The translations under genes were made by a program, and so were the position numbers. DNA of 61,742 nucleotides, the filler included, from Sphacelaria rigidula (taxonomy: Eukaryota): NCBI GenBank assembly GCA_964200075.2. It is 8 parts of 8 records of this genome, joined end to end, with 100 filler letters (N's around TTAATTAATTAA, not from the genome) between each part and the next. Parts side by side here need not be neighbours in the genome. Positions count along the whole stretch, not along the records: positions 54,114 to 61,742 come from CAXNAA020014030.1; 7 more parts are not named here. One strand, 5' to 3'. Shown one piece after another: positions 60,295 to 61,742 of the stretch. Positions within the stretch are counted from its first letter, which is position 1; the number at the start of each line of letters is the position of its first letter. Below the pieces are notes generated by a model that saw nothing but the letters and a program-made list of their open reading frames with translations, was not told the origin of the DNA and did no database searches.

Positions 60295-60425
60295 GTGCTC
60301 CGTCTCAAAAGGGATGCGTGGTCACTGGTTAAACGACGAAGGCATACAACAAATGAGTTCGCCCCCCCCCCCCCCCACCCTCCATTCCTTATGACTATGG
60401 CATGCATGATCATGAGTACACCCCC
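60295..60425 (-). repeat. Tandem type-II plus type-I repeat ends separated by poly-C
   Basis: Same arrangement as 48702-48940. Confidence 0.8.
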
Positions 60426-61674
60426 GCCCATTCACACACATACACACATCAAGGGGGGGTACCCCACCTTCGACACTGCCTAGTTTTGTATATATTTTAG
60501 TATGCAAACGGTTTTATGGGAAATTGTATGGCGTTTGAGGGGGGAGGGGATGGTGGTCTAATACCCTACCCCCTCCCCTGAGGGGTCCAAAAAAATAAAA
60601 AGGACGTAGGTGTGCGGGATTTTTTTTCTCGTGCACCCCTGCATTGAACATGGTTATTTGTTGATTCAATCAAGTAAAATCAACCCCAGTTGGTTAGGAA
60701 CCTTCTTTTCGACGGGGATTCTCCACTTTTCAAAATTCTCCTGTTGAACGATTGCTGATGGGTCGCTGCGAGACCACCCGCCCCCCCAGAAAAATCCCCG
60801 AAACTTGCGCAGTGATCCCCTCTTTAGCGGGGACTTCAGGAAGCACTTCTTGAAATCCCCTTTTTAGATGGAATTTTCGGACACCTTGAAGGGGAACATT
60901 TAGGTCCAGTTGATAGGGGCACATTCCAAGGCTCACCACACAACCCAACACAATGAGAGCTATACCGGAGGAACAACACGATTTAGTTTGTTTTACATGA
61001 TGACGTATGAGAGTATGCATATTTAACGATACAAATGAATGTTTGCTCAATACCACCCTTTATGGCAAAGAAAAGCGCTGAGTTTGGGACGGTACGGTGT
61101 AAGCTGTCGGTGAGCATTGATGCCAGGAGTCGGTGGGCATGGCGTGCTGGCAAACCGCCGGTTAGGAGTTCGGATGCAGTCGACGGCGGTCTATCCTTCT
61201 GTACAATTGCTACAGGTGCAATCTCAGTGCTTGCAAAGAACAACATGTATTCACCGCTGTACTGGACTGGACTGTATTATATGAACGACGGTCCATAGTC
61301 ATAGGTGTACAGCGCAGGGTGCCGGGAGCAATGTGACAGCAAGAGACAGCACCGTGTACATCAATTTGTCCGCTTGTCCATGGCAGGTTGTGTGTGCACT
61401 GGGTGCAATATATATTTTTGTATGCGAAATGATCCGAAGTAGACAGCACCATGTACGTGTAGTTCTCCGTTTTTCCGATGCAGCTCTTTGTTATAACGGT
61501 TCTTGAGCAACATGGCATGCGACAGGAAAAGTCACAGCTCCGTTGGATTTTAGTGATCAATGCTGACAATATGTATACACTATTCATTGCTGTACTGCAC
61601 TATATTATATGAAGGACGTGTTCGGCGCAGGGTGTCGCGGCCAATGTGACAATGAGAGCACCGTGTACAGTCTA

Positions 61675-61742
61675 TACGAGCTGGGCCAGCCTAGAGGCTG
61701 CATGAACGTTTGCAGGCGGATGCGCCGGCCATTATTTAGAGT
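61675..61742 (+). mobile_element. Left arm of a foldback MITE at the contig end
   Basis: TA-CGAGCTGGGCCAGCCTAGAGG..CATGAA.GTTTGCAGGCGGATGCGCCGGCCA. Confidence 0.82.

Overview
This is repeat-rich, intron-rich eukaryotic DNA, most likely a brown alga or related stramenopile. That assignment is an inference from long introns, TTAGGG repeats, a tyrosine-recombinase retroelement relic and a GH17 beta-1,3-glucanase. The window is not one locus. It is eight contigs of 7629-7631 bp, sorted by length and joined by identical 100-bp linkers (N44-TTAATTAATTAA-N44), so adjacency across linkers means nothing. Four partial spliced genes can be rebuilt by hand: (1) formylglycine-generating enzyme SUMF1/FGE on the minus strand, 4-5 exons, one intron GC-AG; (2) a right-handed beta-helix (pectin-lyase-fold-like) protein, 4 exons; (3) the first exon of a TTC9-like TPR protein; (4) the last two exons of a plant-like GH17 endo-1,3-beta-glucanase. 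The rest is mostly mobile DNA: five copies of a tRNA-headed SINE, two decayed LINE RTs (one split by a 2-kb TIR element), a DIRS/Ngaro-type tyrosine recombinase pseudogene, a probable LTR-retrotransposon 5' end with a gag-like ORF, TA- and TTAA-flanked MITE/foldback families, a very abundant structured repeat, and a 29-bp satellite with a 145-bp higher-order period. I found no convincing new multi-gene system. The best leads are the unclassified TIR element, the higher-order satellite, the structured repeat, a shared-end element with variable interior, and the GC-AG intron.
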